Shown: piece by piece, positions 1 through 9,789 of the stretch | Numbering within the stretch: the stretch's first letter is position 1 | Layout of the letters: each line of letters begins with the position of its first letter | Translations under genes and position numbers: made by a program | Assembly: GCA_963738245.1 (NCBI GenBank) | Contig: CAVTWB010000011.1 | Coordinates: forward strand, 83,498 to 147,497 | DNA: 64,000 bases | From: an uncultured Verrucomicrobiae bacterium | Lineage (GTDB): Bacteria; Verrucomicrobiota; Verrucomicrobiia; Limisphaerales; UBA11358 | Reading direction: 5' to 3' | Notes under the pieces: generated by a model | Told to the model about the DNA's origin: nothing | The model's input: the letters and a program-made list of their open reading frames with translations, nothing else | Databases searched by the model: none

Positions 1-559
1 GCGTGTAAATCTCCTTCATTGCCGCGACGGGCCGCTGCGAACCAACGCCGATGACGATGCGGTCGGGCTTCATCAGGTCGCCGACGGCAAAACCTTCGCG
101 CAGAAATTCCGGGTTGCTCACCACGTCAAATTCCACCTTCGCCGCACAATAGCGCTTGATGGTTGCGCCCACTTTTTCACCGGTCTTGACGGGCACGGTG
201 CTTTTGTCCACGACAATTTTGTAGCTCGTCATGGCCCCGGCGATGTCGCGCGCCACGCGTTCGATGTAGCTTAAGTCCACCGAACCGTCCGGCTGCGGCG
301 GCGTCGGCACGGCAATGAAAACCACATCGGATTTTTGCACGCCTTCCGCCGTGCTGTTCGTGAAGGAGAGCCGCCCGGCGGCGACATTTTTCTTCACGAG
401 TTCTTCGAGGCCGGGTTCGTAAATGGGAATGCCGCCGGCTTGGAGCGTCTTGACCTTGGCCGCGTCACTGTCCACGCAGATCACCTGATGCCCGACTTCG
501 GCAAAACAGGTGCCGGTGACGAGGCCAACGTAGCCCGTGCCGATGATTGCCAGTTTCAT
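1..559 (-). CDS. ugd: UDP-glucose 6-dehydrogenase, N-terminal part (gene runs off window start)
   Basis: Absent from the ORF track because it is truncated. My minus-strand translation from ATG 557-559 gives MKLAIIGTGYVGLVTGTCFAEVGHQVICVD...VVSNPEFLREG. This carries the Rossmann GxGxxG and the NPEFLREG motif of the UDP-glucose/GDP-mannose dehydrogenase family. Confidence 0.85.
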   Translation of the reverse strand, partial: MKLAIIGTGYVGLVTGTCFAEVGHQVICVDSDAAKVKTLQAGGIPIYEPGLEELVKKNVAAGRLSFTNSTAEGVQKSDVVFIAVPTPPQPDGSVDLSYIERVARDIAGAMTSYKIVVDKSTVPVKTGEKVGATIKRYCAAKVEFDVVSNPEFLREGFAVGDLMKPDRIVIGVGSQRPVAAMKEIYT

Positions 560-561
560 GC

Positions 562-1401
562 TCAACGGCTCAAATTGAACGGGACGGTGCCGGCTGGCGC
601 GGGCGCCACGACTGCAGCCGGAGCTTTTATTTTTAACTCCATCGCCCGCTGGGCGGCTTCCGAACCGATCGGGCTGTTCTGAAATGTGCGCGCAATTTCA
701 GTGTAAAGATTCACCGCGTCTGCGATTTTGCCCTGGGACTCGTCAATCCGGGCGAGCGCGAATTTTGCGGTGGCCACCACGTTGACATCGCCAACCTGAC
801 CGGCCGCCCTTTGATAAGCGCTGAAGGCCAGATCCGTTTTGCCCTGCGCGTCGAGGCTGGCCGCCACGCCCAGTTCGGCCTGCGGCGTGAAAAAATTGTC
901 GGGATACGTGTTGAGGAATTTTTCAAACTGCGCCTGCGCGCCGGCGTAATTGCCTGCGGTGAACAGCGCCGTCGCGCCTTCCAGCAGGGCGCGCTGGCCG
1001 GCAGCCGTGCCGGAATAATCCGTCGCGACTTTCAGGCAGGCATCGGCCAGCCCGCCGCCGGTGTTGGAAACCAGAGCCTGCGTCAGCGCCTGGCCGGCGG
1101 CGATTTCGTTCTGGTTTTGCCGGTAGGAATAAAACGAAAAAATGAAGACGGCGATCAAAACCAGGACCGCGCCGTAAATGATGCGTTTCAGGTTGGCCTC
1201 TACCCACGGCAATAATTTGAAAACGATATCTCGGCGGTTGCTTCTTGTGATTGCATAACAGCCGGCAATTCTTCTGCGCAAAACACCAAAACGCAAGCCT
1301 GAAATCTGCGGGCGGGCGGAGTGTTCCTGCCGGAAACACATTGACGGCGGCGCTGCGCGGAAACCAAACTGCCGCCGGCAAACGCCCGAATGAAAAATCA
1401 T
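562..1401 (-). CDS. membrane-anchored TPR-like protein (YfgM-like architecture)
   Basis: ORF 562..1401. One TM helix (IIYGAVLVLIAVFIFSFY) is followed by Ala-rich TPR-like helices. Its stop abuts the ugd start. The true start is uncertain; TTG at 1210-1212 is possible. Confidence 0.6.
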   Translation of the reverse strand: MIFHSGVCRRQFGFRAAPPSMCFRQEHSARPQISGLRFGVLRRRIAGCYAITRSNRRDIVFKLLPWVEANLKRIIYGAVLVLIAVFIFSFYSYRQNQNEIAAGQALTQALVSNTGGGLADACLKVATDYSGTAAGQRALLEGATALFTAGNYAGAQAQFEKFLNTYPDNFFTPQAELGVAASLDAQGKTDLAFSAYQRAAGQVGDVNVVATAKFALARIDESQGKIADAVNLYTEIARTFQNSPIGSEAAQRAMELKIKAPAAVVAPAPAGTVPFNLSR

Positions 1402-1840
1402 ATTCTACAAATCCGCGCTGACCGGAACAACTGCGAGCCACCGCCGAACTGCTGGAATCCATCGCCCGCAACCGCGAGCTGCTGGCCGGCGTTTCCGGAG
1501 GCGGAACGAACGCGGCTGATGAAGGCCGCCGGCCAGATTTCCCGGCCCGACGCGGTCGCCCGGCGGCGGTTGGTGAAGGCGACGAAACGCCAGCGCAAGG
1601 CCGACAAATCGCAGACGCGCGAGAAAAGGCGCTGAACCAGACCGGCATCCGCAAATTGCGCCGGCAGACAGTTTTCACCACGCCGAATGTGTTTTCCGCC
1701 GCCGATCTTCAAGCAGGAGGAAGTCGAAGGACAATCCCGATTTCCACGAAGCCGTCGAGCCGCAGAATTGCTACGTCTGCAAAAAGGATTACTCGCAGAT
1801 CCACCATTTCTACGACCAGCTCTGCCCGGCGTGCGCGGAG

Positions 1841-2971
1841 TTGAACTGGCGCAAGCGCACCGAACTCGCCGGCCTGCGCGGGCGCGTGGCGCTGCTCACC
1901 GGCGGCCGCGTAAAAATCGGCTATCAGGCTGGGATCAAGCTGCTCCGCTGCGGCGCGCAGCTCATCGTCACGACGCGTTTTCCGCGCGACTCGGCGATGC
2001 GTTACGCCGCCGAGCCGGATTTCAAAGACTGGGGCCATCGGCTGGAAATTTTTGGACTCGACCTGCGCCACACGCCGAGCGTGGAGGCGTTTTGCAAACA
2101 TCTGCTCGCGACGACATATGCGCGGCTGGATTTCATCATCAACAACGCCTGCCAGACCGTGCGGCGTCCGCCGGATTTTTACGCGCACATGATGGAACGC
2201 GAGAATGGGCCATTGCACGACTTGCCACCGGACGCGGCGAAATTGCTCGGCGCATACGAAGGCTTGCGTGGGTATCATCTGTTGCCGGAAGGCGGAGTTG
2301 CCGTTGGAGTTCAAGCTTTAGCTTGTCCGGGGGGCAAGCTGAAGCTTGAACTCCAACACGCAGGCATCACCCACGCCGCCGCGCTTTCCCAGGTGCCACA
2401 GCTTCCCGAAGAACTGGCCGCGCAACAAGCCTTGTTCCCGCAAGGCCAGCTCGACCAGGATTTGCAGCAGGTGGATTTGCGCGAGCGTAATTCCTGGCGT
2501 TTCCTCATGCACGAAGTGCCGACGGTGGAACTGCTCGAAGTGCAGCTCGTCAACGCCATCGCACCGTTCATCCTCAACGCCCGGCTCAAGCCGCTCATGC
2601 TCCGCACGCCGGAGCGCGACAAGCACATCGTCAACGTTTCGGCCGTGGAAGGGCAGTTTTACCGGAAGTTCAAGACAACGCGGCATCCGCACACGAACAT
2701 GGCCAAGGCCGCGCTGAACATGATGACGCGCACGGCGGCGGCGGATTACCACGCCGACGGCATCCACATGAATGCCGTGGACACCGGCTGGGTGACGGAC
2801 GAAGACCCCGCGCACATCGCCGAGCGCAAGGTGGCGGAGCATCGCTTCCATCCGCCGCTGGATATCGTGGACGGCGCGGCGCGCATCGTGGATCCGATCA
2901 TCGTTGGCTTCAACACCGGCATGCACATCTGGGGAAAATTCCTGAAAGACTACCGCGAGACGGATTGGTAA
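1841..2971 (+). CDS. SDR-family oxidoreductase; conserved N-terminal extension lies upstream of the first in-frame start
   Basis: ORF 1841..2971: [32 protein letters not shown]...FIINNACQT, with NAD(P)-binding and SDR motifs. The frame stays open upstream to 1577 and encodes [22 protein letters not shown] without any start codon. Confidence 0.8.
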   Translation: MNWRKRTELAGLRGRVALLTGGRVKIGYQAGIKLLRCGAQLIVTTRFPRDSAMRYAAEPDFKDWGHRLEIFGLDLRHTPSVEAFCKHLLATTYARLDFIINNACQTVRRPPDFYAHMMERENGPLHDLPPDAAKLLGAYEGLRGYHLLPEGGVAVGVQALACPGGKLKLELQHAGITHAAALSQVPQLPEELAAQQALFPQGQLDQDLQQVDLRERNSWRFLMHEVPTVELLEVQLVNAIAPFILNARLKPLMLRTPERDKHIVNVSAVEGQFYRKFKTTRHPHTNMAKAALNMMTRTAAADYHADGIHMNAVDTGWVTDEDPAHIAERKVAEHRFHPPLDIVDGAARIVDPIIVGFNTGMHIWGKFLKDYRETDW

Positions 2972-3003
2972 CAAAAAAAAGCCCGGAGCTTTCGCCCCGG
3001 GCT
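2972..3003 (-). terminator. rho-independent terminator of the pilin-like gene
   Basis: Hairpin AGCCCGG...CCGGGCT (2980-3003). On the minus strand it is followed by T8 (plus-strand A8 at 2973-2980). Confidence 0.6.
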
Positions 3004-3026
3004 GGTGATTCAAACCTGGTTTAAAA

Positions 3027-3401
3027 TTACTGCAATGCGTGCGCCGGAGTGACCGTCGAACCCAGCGAGCAGGTCGGAGTCGCCCCCACCGAGCCGTCGG
3101 AATAGGTGCCGCTGGCCGGGCAGGCCGGCACGCTGCTGTTCGCGTTCAACTTGATGTAAGGCGTCAAGTCGCTCGGGAAGGTGATGGTCGCACCGGTGGT
3201 CTGTTTTGTTTCCAACGCGAACTGGTTGGCCGCCGCGTCAATCTGGCGGAGGTTGTTGATGCAGGCATTGGCCTGTGAGGTCGCGCGGGCTTTCACGAAG
3301 TTGGGAATCGCGATGGCCGCCAAGAGGCCAATGATGGCCACGACGATCATGATTTCAACCAGCGTGAAGCCGGCCTTGCGGATGTTTTTCATTGTCTTCA
3401 T
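3027..3401 (-). CDS. prepilin-type N-terminal cleavage/methylation domain protein (pseudopilin-like)
   Basis: Internal ATG at 3401 gives MKTMKNIRKAGFTLVEIMIVVAIIGLLAAIAIPNF. This is the class III signal peptide G|FTLxE followed by a hydrophobic helix. Confidence 0.85.
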   Translation of the reverse strand: MKTMKNIRKAGFTLVEIMIVVAIIGLLAAIAIPNFVKARATSQANACINNLRQIDAAANQFALETKQTTGATITFPSDLTPYIKLNANSSVPACPASGTYSDGSVGATPTCSLGSTVTPAHALQ

Positions 3402-3577
3402 TTTTGTTTTCTTTCTTTGGTGCGGCGTGAACTTCGCGACCGGCGGGTTATTATGATTACAGTTTTTGTTCACTTTGATTGCCGGTCGCAACCGCGAACT
3501 GAATGCTATCTAGCATCCACGTTGCCATGTTATCTGACACACTGTCAATTTACTGTGAAGTTCCGCCTATACTTTCT

Positions 3578-3594
3578 GTAGGGCAGTGCCCTAC
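3578..3594. promoter_or_regulatory. palindrome GTAGGGCA-G-TGCCCTAC between the response regulator stop and the pilin-like gene
   Basis: An 8-1-8 inverted repeat read directly from the sequence. It is a candidate operator for the adjacent LuxR/NarL-type regulator or a weak terminator. Confidence 0.25.
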
Positions 3595-3603
3595 ACTGAA
3601 TGT

Positions 3604-4263
3604 TTATTTTGACTTTTGGCCTTCGTGCCAGCGCACCGCCTCGCGCAGCAGTTCGGTCGCGTTTGCGAGCTGGAGTTTGACCTTGATGCGGGCACAATAG
3701 GCTTGGACGGTCTTGAAGCCAACGTGCAAATGATCAGCGATCTGCCGGGTATTATGGCCGAGACCCAATAATTGAAACACTTCCAACTCGCGGTTGCTCA
3801 ACTGTTCGACGGGCGAACCGCCCGCCGCCGTTCCTCCCGCCACAAATTTTTCATTTATCATGGTGGTAACATTTTCGCTGACATATAGCTGTCCGGCCAT
3901 CACGTCGCGGATTCCCTGGATGATTTTTGTGGCGGCCTCGCGCTTCATGATATAACCCCGCGCCCCGGCCCGGAGGGCACGTTCGGCATAGAGCGATTCG
4001 TCATGCATTGACAAAACCAGCATTTTCACCGCCGGATGAAACTCCTTGATGCTTTTGATCAGTTCGATGCCTGACCCATTTTCGAGCGAGATGTCCACAA
4101 TTGCGACACTGGGTTGGACAGTTCTGACCAGTTCCAGTGCCTGCGGTTCATTGCTGGCTTCGCCGCAAATTTCGAGGTCGGGCTGGCGGTTGATGAGATT
4201 GGCCAGACCTTCGCGCACCAGCGGATGGTCATCCACCAGAAGGATTTTAATTTTTTGCGGCAT
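3604..4263 (-). CDS. NarL/LuxR-family response regulator (REC + HTH)
   Basis: From internal ATG 4263: MPQKIKILLVDDHPLVREGL...LSNRELEVFQLLGLGHNTRQIADHLHVGFKTVQAY. It overlaps the kinase stop by 17 nt. Confidence 0.9.
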   Translation of the reverse strand: MPQKIKILLVDDHPLVREGLANLINRQPDLEICGEASNEPQALELVRTVQPSVAIVDISLENGSGIELIKSIKEFHPAVKMLVLSMHDESLYAERALRAGARGYIMKREAATKIIQGIRDVMAGQLYVSENVTTMINEKFVAGGTAAGGSPVEQLSNRELEVFQLLGLGHNTRQIADHLHVGFKTVQAYCARIKVKLQLANATELLREAVRWHEGQKSK

Positions 4264-5317
4264 AGTTTTTATTTGATCCGGAATCGGCGGCCAGCTTGCA
4301 GGTGACGCGCGTCCCCTGAGTCGGCAGGCCTTCGACGCTGAAAATCGCGCCAATCATGTCGGCGCGGTAGGCCATGAGACGCAGCCCCATGCCGTTGCCG
4401 TTCCGTGGGTTTACCGGCAGTCCGCCGCCGTCATCGGTAATGGTCAACTCCAGTTCATCGTCGGCTGAATTGAGACAGATGTTGATGTGCCTGGCTTTGC
4501 CATGCCGAATGGCATTGCTGACCGCCTCCTGCGCGATCCGGAGCAAATGCGTGGCGATATTCGCATCTTGTAACGTCATGGCTTGCGAACACTCAAACCG
4601 GCAGGTCACATGAAACCGGTCGCTCACGGTGGCCGCGAGTTCCTTGAAAATATCCTGAATGCCGCCGGTCTGCATTTCAATGGGGTGCAAACCGCGCGCC
4701 ACCTGGCGGGTCAGTTCGATGGCTTCTTCAATTAACACCACCAGCCGTTGGGCATCCGCCGCTTCCGCTGCCGACTTGTCCGACAGTTTCTGACCGAGCA
4801 CCTGCCCCACAAATGCCGTGCCCGTCAGGTGCTGGCACAAACTATCGTGCAGGTCGCGACCGATGCGCCGCTGTTCCTGCTCGGCGGTCTCCAGCAGTTC
4901 CTTTTGCAGGCGCGACCGCTCCTTAATTTCCCTGGACAAAGCTTCCGTCCGCTGGTGCACGCGCGATTCCAGTTCCCGCTGCAAGTTGCGGAGCTTGGTC
5001 GCCAGCACCACCACCACGAAATAAAAGGTGAATTTGACCAACGCGTTCCAGAGCGGGACCACATAGCTTGAAAAGTGGGTGCCGGCGGCAAGGTTCATGG
5101 AAATCCACGCCGTCGCGCTCAGGATGGAAATCAAGACCGCGAAAGCGAACCCATAATACCAGGCGGCGATGAAAACGGGCGTGAGATAAAAAATTGAAAA
5201 GCCGGTTTCGTAGCCCGTCTCGTAATCCGCCCAGGCGACCACGCCAACGATGCCCAGGCACAATGCCGCCACCGCCGGCTTCGACCAGGTTTCAAGTCGC
5301 TGGATTTGCTTGAACAT
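4247..5317 (-). CDS. sensor histidine kinase (HisKA_3 + HATPase, 4 TM N-terminus)
   Basis: ORF 4247..5317: RIGRDLHDSLCQHLTG (H-box of the NarX/DegS type) and ...ITDDGGGLP...GMGLRLM (ATPase G-boxes). Confidence 0.85.
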   Translation of the reverse strand: MFKQIQRLETWSKPAVAALCLGIVGVVAWADYETGYETGFSIFYLTPVFIAAWYYGFAFAVLISILSATAWISMNLAAGTHFSSYVVPLWNALVKFTFYFVVVVLATKLRNLQRELESRVHQRTEALSREIKERSRLQKELLETAEQEQRRIGRDLHDSLCQHLTGTAFVGQVLGQKLSDKSAAEAADAQRLVVLIEEAIELTRQVARGLHPIEMQTGGIQDIFKELAATVSDRFHVTCRFECSQAMTLQDANIATHLLRIAQEAVSNAIRHGKARHINICLNSADDELELTITDDGGGLPVNPRNGNGMGLRLMAYRADMIGAIFSVEGLPTQGTRVTCKLAADSGSNKNYAAKN

Positions 5318-5516
5318 CTTGCCGGCACACTAATCCGACCGGGCACGCGTGGCGATGCAAAATTTTAATGCCCGCGACGAAGCAGCAATTTATCTGTTCG
5401 GGGTTTTCTTTTACCAGCATCCAACGCCGGTTAAATTTTCGAACACATCCCGGTTGCGAATTCCGGCAATTGCCCTTAATCTGTCGGGCTGGGAAATTTT
5501 GTCCGCCATCACTTGC

Positions 5517-6053
5517 ATGAACGAAGAGCCGTTTGACACAACGCCGTCCGAAGCGCCGGTCGCCGAACTGGTGCCGGAGCAACTCGCCGAACTCAAGGCG
5601 CGCGCCGCCAAGGCCGATGACCATTGGGAACGGCTGCTGCGCGTGACCGCCGATTTTGAGAATTTCAAAAAGCGCGCCGCGCGCGAACGCACCGAGGCCG
5701 GCCACGCCGCCAGTTCCGCGCTGCTCAACAAACTTCTGCCCATCCTGGATAATTTTGAAATGGCGCAGGCCGCCGCGCAAACCGCGCAGGGCGACAAACT
5801 CGCGGCATTGCAGACTGGCATCGCCATGATCCAACAGCAGTTCAAAACCCTGCTCGCGGATGCCGGGCTGGAAGAGGTGGACGCCGCCGGAAAACCGTTT
5901 GACCCGACTTTCCACGAGGCGGTCTCCCAGCAGGAATCGGATAAAATTCCGGAAGGCCAGGTCATCCAGCAAATCCGGAAGGGATACAAATTTCGCGAAC
6001 GCCTGCTGCGCCCGGCGGCGGTCACCGTGGCTAAAAAACCGGCGGCGAAATAG
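5517..6053 (+). CDS. grpE: nucleotide exchange factor GrpE
   Basis: From ATG 5517: MNEEPF...RVTADFENFKKRAARE...LLPILDNFEMA...GKPFDPTFHEAV. Confidence 0.9.
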   Translation: MNEEPFDTTPSEAPVAELVPEQLAELKARAAKADDHWERLLRVTADFENFKKRAARERTEAGHAASSALLNKLLPILDNFEMAQAAAQTAQGDKLAALQTGIAMIQQQFKTLLADAGLEEVDAAGKPFDPTFHEAVSQQESDKIPEGQVIQQIRKGYKFRERLLRPAAVTVAKKPAAK

Positions 6054-6159
6054 CCACCTTCCGCATGCAGCCTGACCGGCCATGCCCGCGAACCACCAGC
6101 GGCTGGGGTTCCGCCTTGACGTTATTAATATGTGCTGGCAGATTTTGATCCTGTTTGCA

Positions 6160-6234
6160 GCCAGCGTAGCTCAGTGGTAGAGCAATGCTTTCGTAAAGCA
6201 AAGGTCGTCGGTTCAATCCCGACCGCTGGCTCCA
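6160..6234 (+). tRNA. tRNA-Thr (anticodon CGU), CCA encoded
   Basis: Manual cloverleaf: acceptor GCCAGCG/CGCTGGC, D arm GCTC/GAGC, anticodon loop TTCGTAA, T arm GTCGG-TTCAATC-CCGAC. Confidence 0.9.
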
Positions 6235-6451
6235 TCATTATCGGCGGGCGGAGTGATGGCATGGAATCAGGGAGTCGCACCGACACCCATTTGGAAGCGC
6301 CGTTAAATCGGGAATCCCAGCCGTCAGCCTGCCCGCCGCTCACCAATACACACGTTAGGTTTTACCTGTCTTCGCGATCGCGCGAAAAACAACTCATGGC
6401 TGTATCGGTTTCCACACGCATTCACCCGTCGCCGCCAATGCCTTTCTTCAA

Positions 6452-7165
6452 TTAATTGCAGGCTGGCTTTGGCGACCGTCGCTGTGCTTTGTCGGAAAAT
6501 CTGCAGAGCAAAATATGTGTTGGAATGAAGATGACCGCCGGCATCGCCACGATCAAAAACGTCAGCCAGGCCCAGCCGGGCAGCCAAGTTTGAACCGCAG
6601 TGTCGCTGAATCCGAACACATAATCAATGTTCACCGGCGCAAGCGGGTTGGCAAGTTTCGCGCCGGGGCCGGGCAGGAAAAAATAACTGATCAGCATCGC
6701 GCCCCAAGCCAGGCTCGTCCAGGCGAACAATGCCCGGCGGTCATAGCCGAGTCGAATAACCAGGAACAGCAGCAGAAATGGCAGCCATCCATGGAACAGC
6801 GAAAGGCCGCGCAGAAACAGCGAGCGGTGCGCGTCAAACATATAGTCGGTCATCCCGATAAACCTAAAACCCGCCAGGTGCGCGGCAAAATCGCCACACC
6901 AGAGCGTCAACTGCGGAAGGATGATACCCACGGCGGCCATGCTGGCGAGCAGCCGGTTTTCCAGCCACATCGCGGCCAGGGTGATGAACAGGGCCAGATC
7001 ACAAAAATATAAAAAGTTCGCCGGCCCATATTGCTTCCAGTAAACCGGCACGAGCACGGCCATAAATACTGTGAACCCCAGTTTGACCGCCAGAGGAATC
7101 CGACGTGTTCTGACAGGCGTGCTGGTGGCGGGATTTCGTTTTTGATGTGTTTGGATAAATGTCAT
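6452..7165 (-). CDS. polytopic membrane protein, unknown function
   Basis: ORF 6452..7165 with about 6 hydrophobic helices. No family recognised. Confidence 0.6.
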   Translation of the reverse strand: MTFIQTHQKRNPATSTPVRTRRIPLAVKLGFTVFMAVLVPVYWKQYGPANFLYFCDLALFITLAAMWLENRLLASMAAVGIILPQLTLWCGDFAAHLAGFRFIGMTDYMFDAHRSLFLRGLSLFHGWLPFLLLFLVIRLGYDRRALFAWTSLAWGAMLISYFFLPGPGAKLANPLAPVNIDYVFGFSDTAVQTWLPGWAWLTFLIVAMPAVIFIPTHILLCRFSDKAQRRSPKPACN

Positions 7166-7355
7166 GCGGCGACACTAACCGCACTTGGATCCGGGGCGTG
7201 AATTGAAAAGAAATTTTTGAAATTGAGAAAATCAATGGCCCGCGCGAACGATTTTATCCGCCGCCCATTTTGGTTTCGAGGAGCTTGCCAAACCCGGCTT
7301 CCAACGTTTCCCGATTCCTGACCCGGCGACACTTGCCGGCCTGCATGACACCGCC

Positions 7356-8894
7356 GTGTTTTTAGAGGCCATGGAATTTCGCCGAAATGTGCAATCATCG
7401 TTTCAATTGATGTCACGGCTTTTTTATCAATTCAAGCCCCAACGCAAAATGCGTTATAAACTGCGCATGCATATGGAGCAAACAGCGGACGACGCCAGCC
7501 GGTTTCAATGGGAGAACGGTTCAAGTCATGTGGCGACATCCGGCAAATGCAAGACTGCCGCTGTGATTCCTGCGATTGTCACGCCGGAATCCGTTGGCTA
7601 CCCTGCGCACGTGAACCACAAGGCGAACAAAGTCGTGGCTGCGGCGGCAAATCCGCGACCGGCGGCGGTGGCGCGAACAGTTTCATCACGGAGATCGTGG
7701 CATCAATGGCTTTACCGTTTTATTACCGGTGTTTATTTCGAACGCATCACGCTGATTCATCCGGAGCGTTTGCCGCTTGCAGGCCCGGTGCTTTATCTGG
7801 GGCTGCATCGCAACGGCGCGGTGGACGGTTTCGTTTATGATCAGGTCTTGCGCCATCCGGTGTTCATGATTTCCACGCAGCTTCGCAAAAACTGGTTCTC
7901 CCGGATGTTCTTTCAAGGAATTGCCGTCGCCCGGGCCAAGGATGAAGGCGATCATGCGCTCAACAACGCAGCGCTGCATGAGTGCGTGGATCATTTGCGG
8001 GCCGGCGGCGAACTGTTTGTGTTTCCTGAAGGAACCAGTTCGCTGGGACCGCGTCATCTGCCCTTCAAGAGTGGCGGAGTGTGGTTGCTGCTGGATTATC
8101 TCGCCGATGGAGACCATCAACCGATTCAAGTCGTGCCGCTCGGAATTCATTACGAATGTCCTTGGGCTTTTCGCGGCAAGGTTGAAGTCGTCGTCGGGCC
8201 ACCGATCTTGACCGAGTTGCCGCCGGGTGCCAGTCGCATCGAAAATCTCAAGACGATGAAGCGCCGCGTGCAAGCCTCGCTGGAAGCCGTCGGCATAAAT
8301 GTCTCCTCGGACGAGCAACAGCAATTGATCCAACGCTTCGCCTATGTCTCAACTTTGGGGACAGCACGATCTTATTTTGAATCGTTGAAAGCAATGGAGG
8401 CCGGCGTGCCGGATAAAATCATGGACGCCTGGCGCGGTCTTGAACCGGAATTACAAAATGCCAAACTCTGGTTTCATCAAGGCGTGCCGTTGTTCCCCGT
8501 CGGGCCGGTTGTGCCCTATCTGGCGGCGCTGCTGTTCGTCAGCCCGGTCGTTCTCGCCGCCGTCATGCTGAATCTGCCGCCATTCCTCGCCGGCTGGTAT
8601 GCGGGAAAGAAATTCCCCGACGATCGTAATGTTGTTTCGCTCTGGAAAATTCTGGCGGGCGTGCCCATTTTCGCGCTGTGGATCGGAACCGTCGCGGCTG
8701 CCCTGTTGCTGCTGGGAAATTACCTGTGGCTCGCCGCATACCTGGCCGTTTCCTACGCCGGCGTGAAGCTCTATTGCCGGTTCAAGAAACTCGCCGTCGC
8801 GGTTCACAATGCATTGCGACATCCATTTCTTCGGAAGCGGATGCTGAACTTTCATCAAACCGTTCTGCAAGCTCTGCCCGATGAAGCCGCCTGA
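7356..8894 (+). CDS. PlsC-family (lysophospholipid) acyltransferase with C-terminal TM helices
   Basis: HRNGAVDG (HX4D) and FPEGTSS motifs, with 3-4 C-terminal TM helices. Start uncertain (GTG 7356, ATG 7371 or later). Confidence 0.75.
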   Translation: MFLEAMEFRRNVQSSFQLMSRLFYQFKPQRKMRYKLRMHMEQTADDASRFQWENGSSHVATSGKCKTAAVIPAIVTPESVGYPAHVNHKANKVVAAAANPRPAAVARTVSSRRSWHQWLYRFITGVYFERITLIHPERLPLAGPVLYLGLHRNGAVDGFVYDQVLRHPVFMISTQLRKNWFSRMFFQGIAVARAKDEGDHALNNAALHECVDHLRAGGELFVFPEGTSSLGPRHLPFKSGGVWLLLDYLADGDHQPIQVVPLGIHYECPWAFRGKVEVVVGPPILTELPPGASRIENLKTMKRRVQASLEAVGINVSSDEQQQLIQRFAYVSTLGTARSYFESLKAMEAGVPDKIMDAWRGLEPELQNAKLWFHQGVPLFPVGPVVPYLAALLFVSPVVLAAVMLNLPPFLAGWYAGKKFPDDRNVVSLWKILAGVPIFALWIGTVAAALLLLGNYLWLAAYLAVSYAGVKLYCRFKKLAVAVHNALRHPFLRKRMLNFHQTVLQALPDEAA

Positions 8895-9789
8895 ACATTG
8901 GCGGCTGTTGCCGCACGAAATTTTCTTCGGGCTTTTCCTGGTCATCACCTGGATGCGGCTGGGTTTCACGGCGGGTTTCCTCGGCGGCGACGCGCTTCTT
9001 TATTTGGCTTTGATTGCCATTAATGTCGGAGTGATCTGGTTTTGCCGCTCTGGCGGAACTTCCGGGCGCTGGCGGCTCGGCCTGCTGTTTTATCCGGTGG
9101 CGATGAACCTCGTCTTTCTACAAATGAAAACGGCGATTCCAAAAATTCACCCGGAACACATGGACGTGCTCCTCCAGCACATTGACAAGCTGGCCCTTGG
9201 AACGAACCTCAGTCTTCGCCTGCAGCCGCTGATTCACCCGGCGCTCACCGAGTTCTTCAGTTTTTGCTACATCCTGTTTTTTCCGTATCTGCTGTTCAGC
9301 ATGATTTATTATTTCTGCGGCGACTTGAAATTGTTGATAAAATTCGTGACCGGCCTGTTCACCATCTACGGCATCGGTTTTCTCGGCTACTCGTTCGTTC
9401 CCGCATCCGGACCTTATCACGCGCTGGCGGATCAATTCACCGTGCCGCTGAACGGCTGGTGGATCACAAATTGGAATGCCGCCATCGTCGCTCGCGGCAG
9501 CAACGGCGTGGACGTTTTTCCCAGCCTCCATTGTGCAGTTTCCAGCTTCATTCTTTTTTTCGACCGACGGCATCGCCTGTGGCGTTTCCGGCTTTACCTC
9601 ATTCCCTGTGTCGGATTGTGGTGCTCGACGATTTACCTCCGCTATCACTATTTTGTTGATGTGGTCTGTGGTTTCATCCTCTCGGCCTTTGCGCTGTGGA
9701 TCGCAAAACATTTTCCCAAGAAAAACGAGGCGGAAACTCCAGCCAAGCCCTCATGCAAAACCACAACCGCCGTTTCAACCACCCTATGA
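8881..9789 (+). CDS. PAP2-superfamily membrane protein resembling inositol-phosphorylceramide/sphingomyelin synthases
   Basis: VFPSLHCAV...LRYHYFVDVVCG motifs (PAP2_C type) in a polytopic protein. It overlaps the upstream gene by 14 nt. Confidence 0.7.
   Translation: MKPPEHWRLLPHEIFFGLFLVITWMRLGFTAGFLGGDALLYLALIAINVGVIWFCRSGGTSGRWRLGLLFYPVAMNLVFLQMKTAIPKIHPEHMDVLLQHIDKLALGTNLSLRLQPLIHPALTEFFSFCYILFFPYLLFSMIYYFCGDLKLLIKFVTGLFTIYGIGFLGYSFVPASGPYHALADQFTVPLNGWWITNWNAAIVARGSNGVDVFPSLHCAVSSFILFFDRRHRLWRFRLYLIPCVGLWCSTIYLRYHYFVDVVCGFILSAFALWIAKHFPKKNEAETPAKPSCKTTTAVSTTL

Noticed and set aside
5318-5516. CIRCE/HrcA operator upstream of grpE
   Set aside because: I looked for TTAGCACTC-N9-GAGTGCTAA and found no resemblance in the 200 bp upstream.
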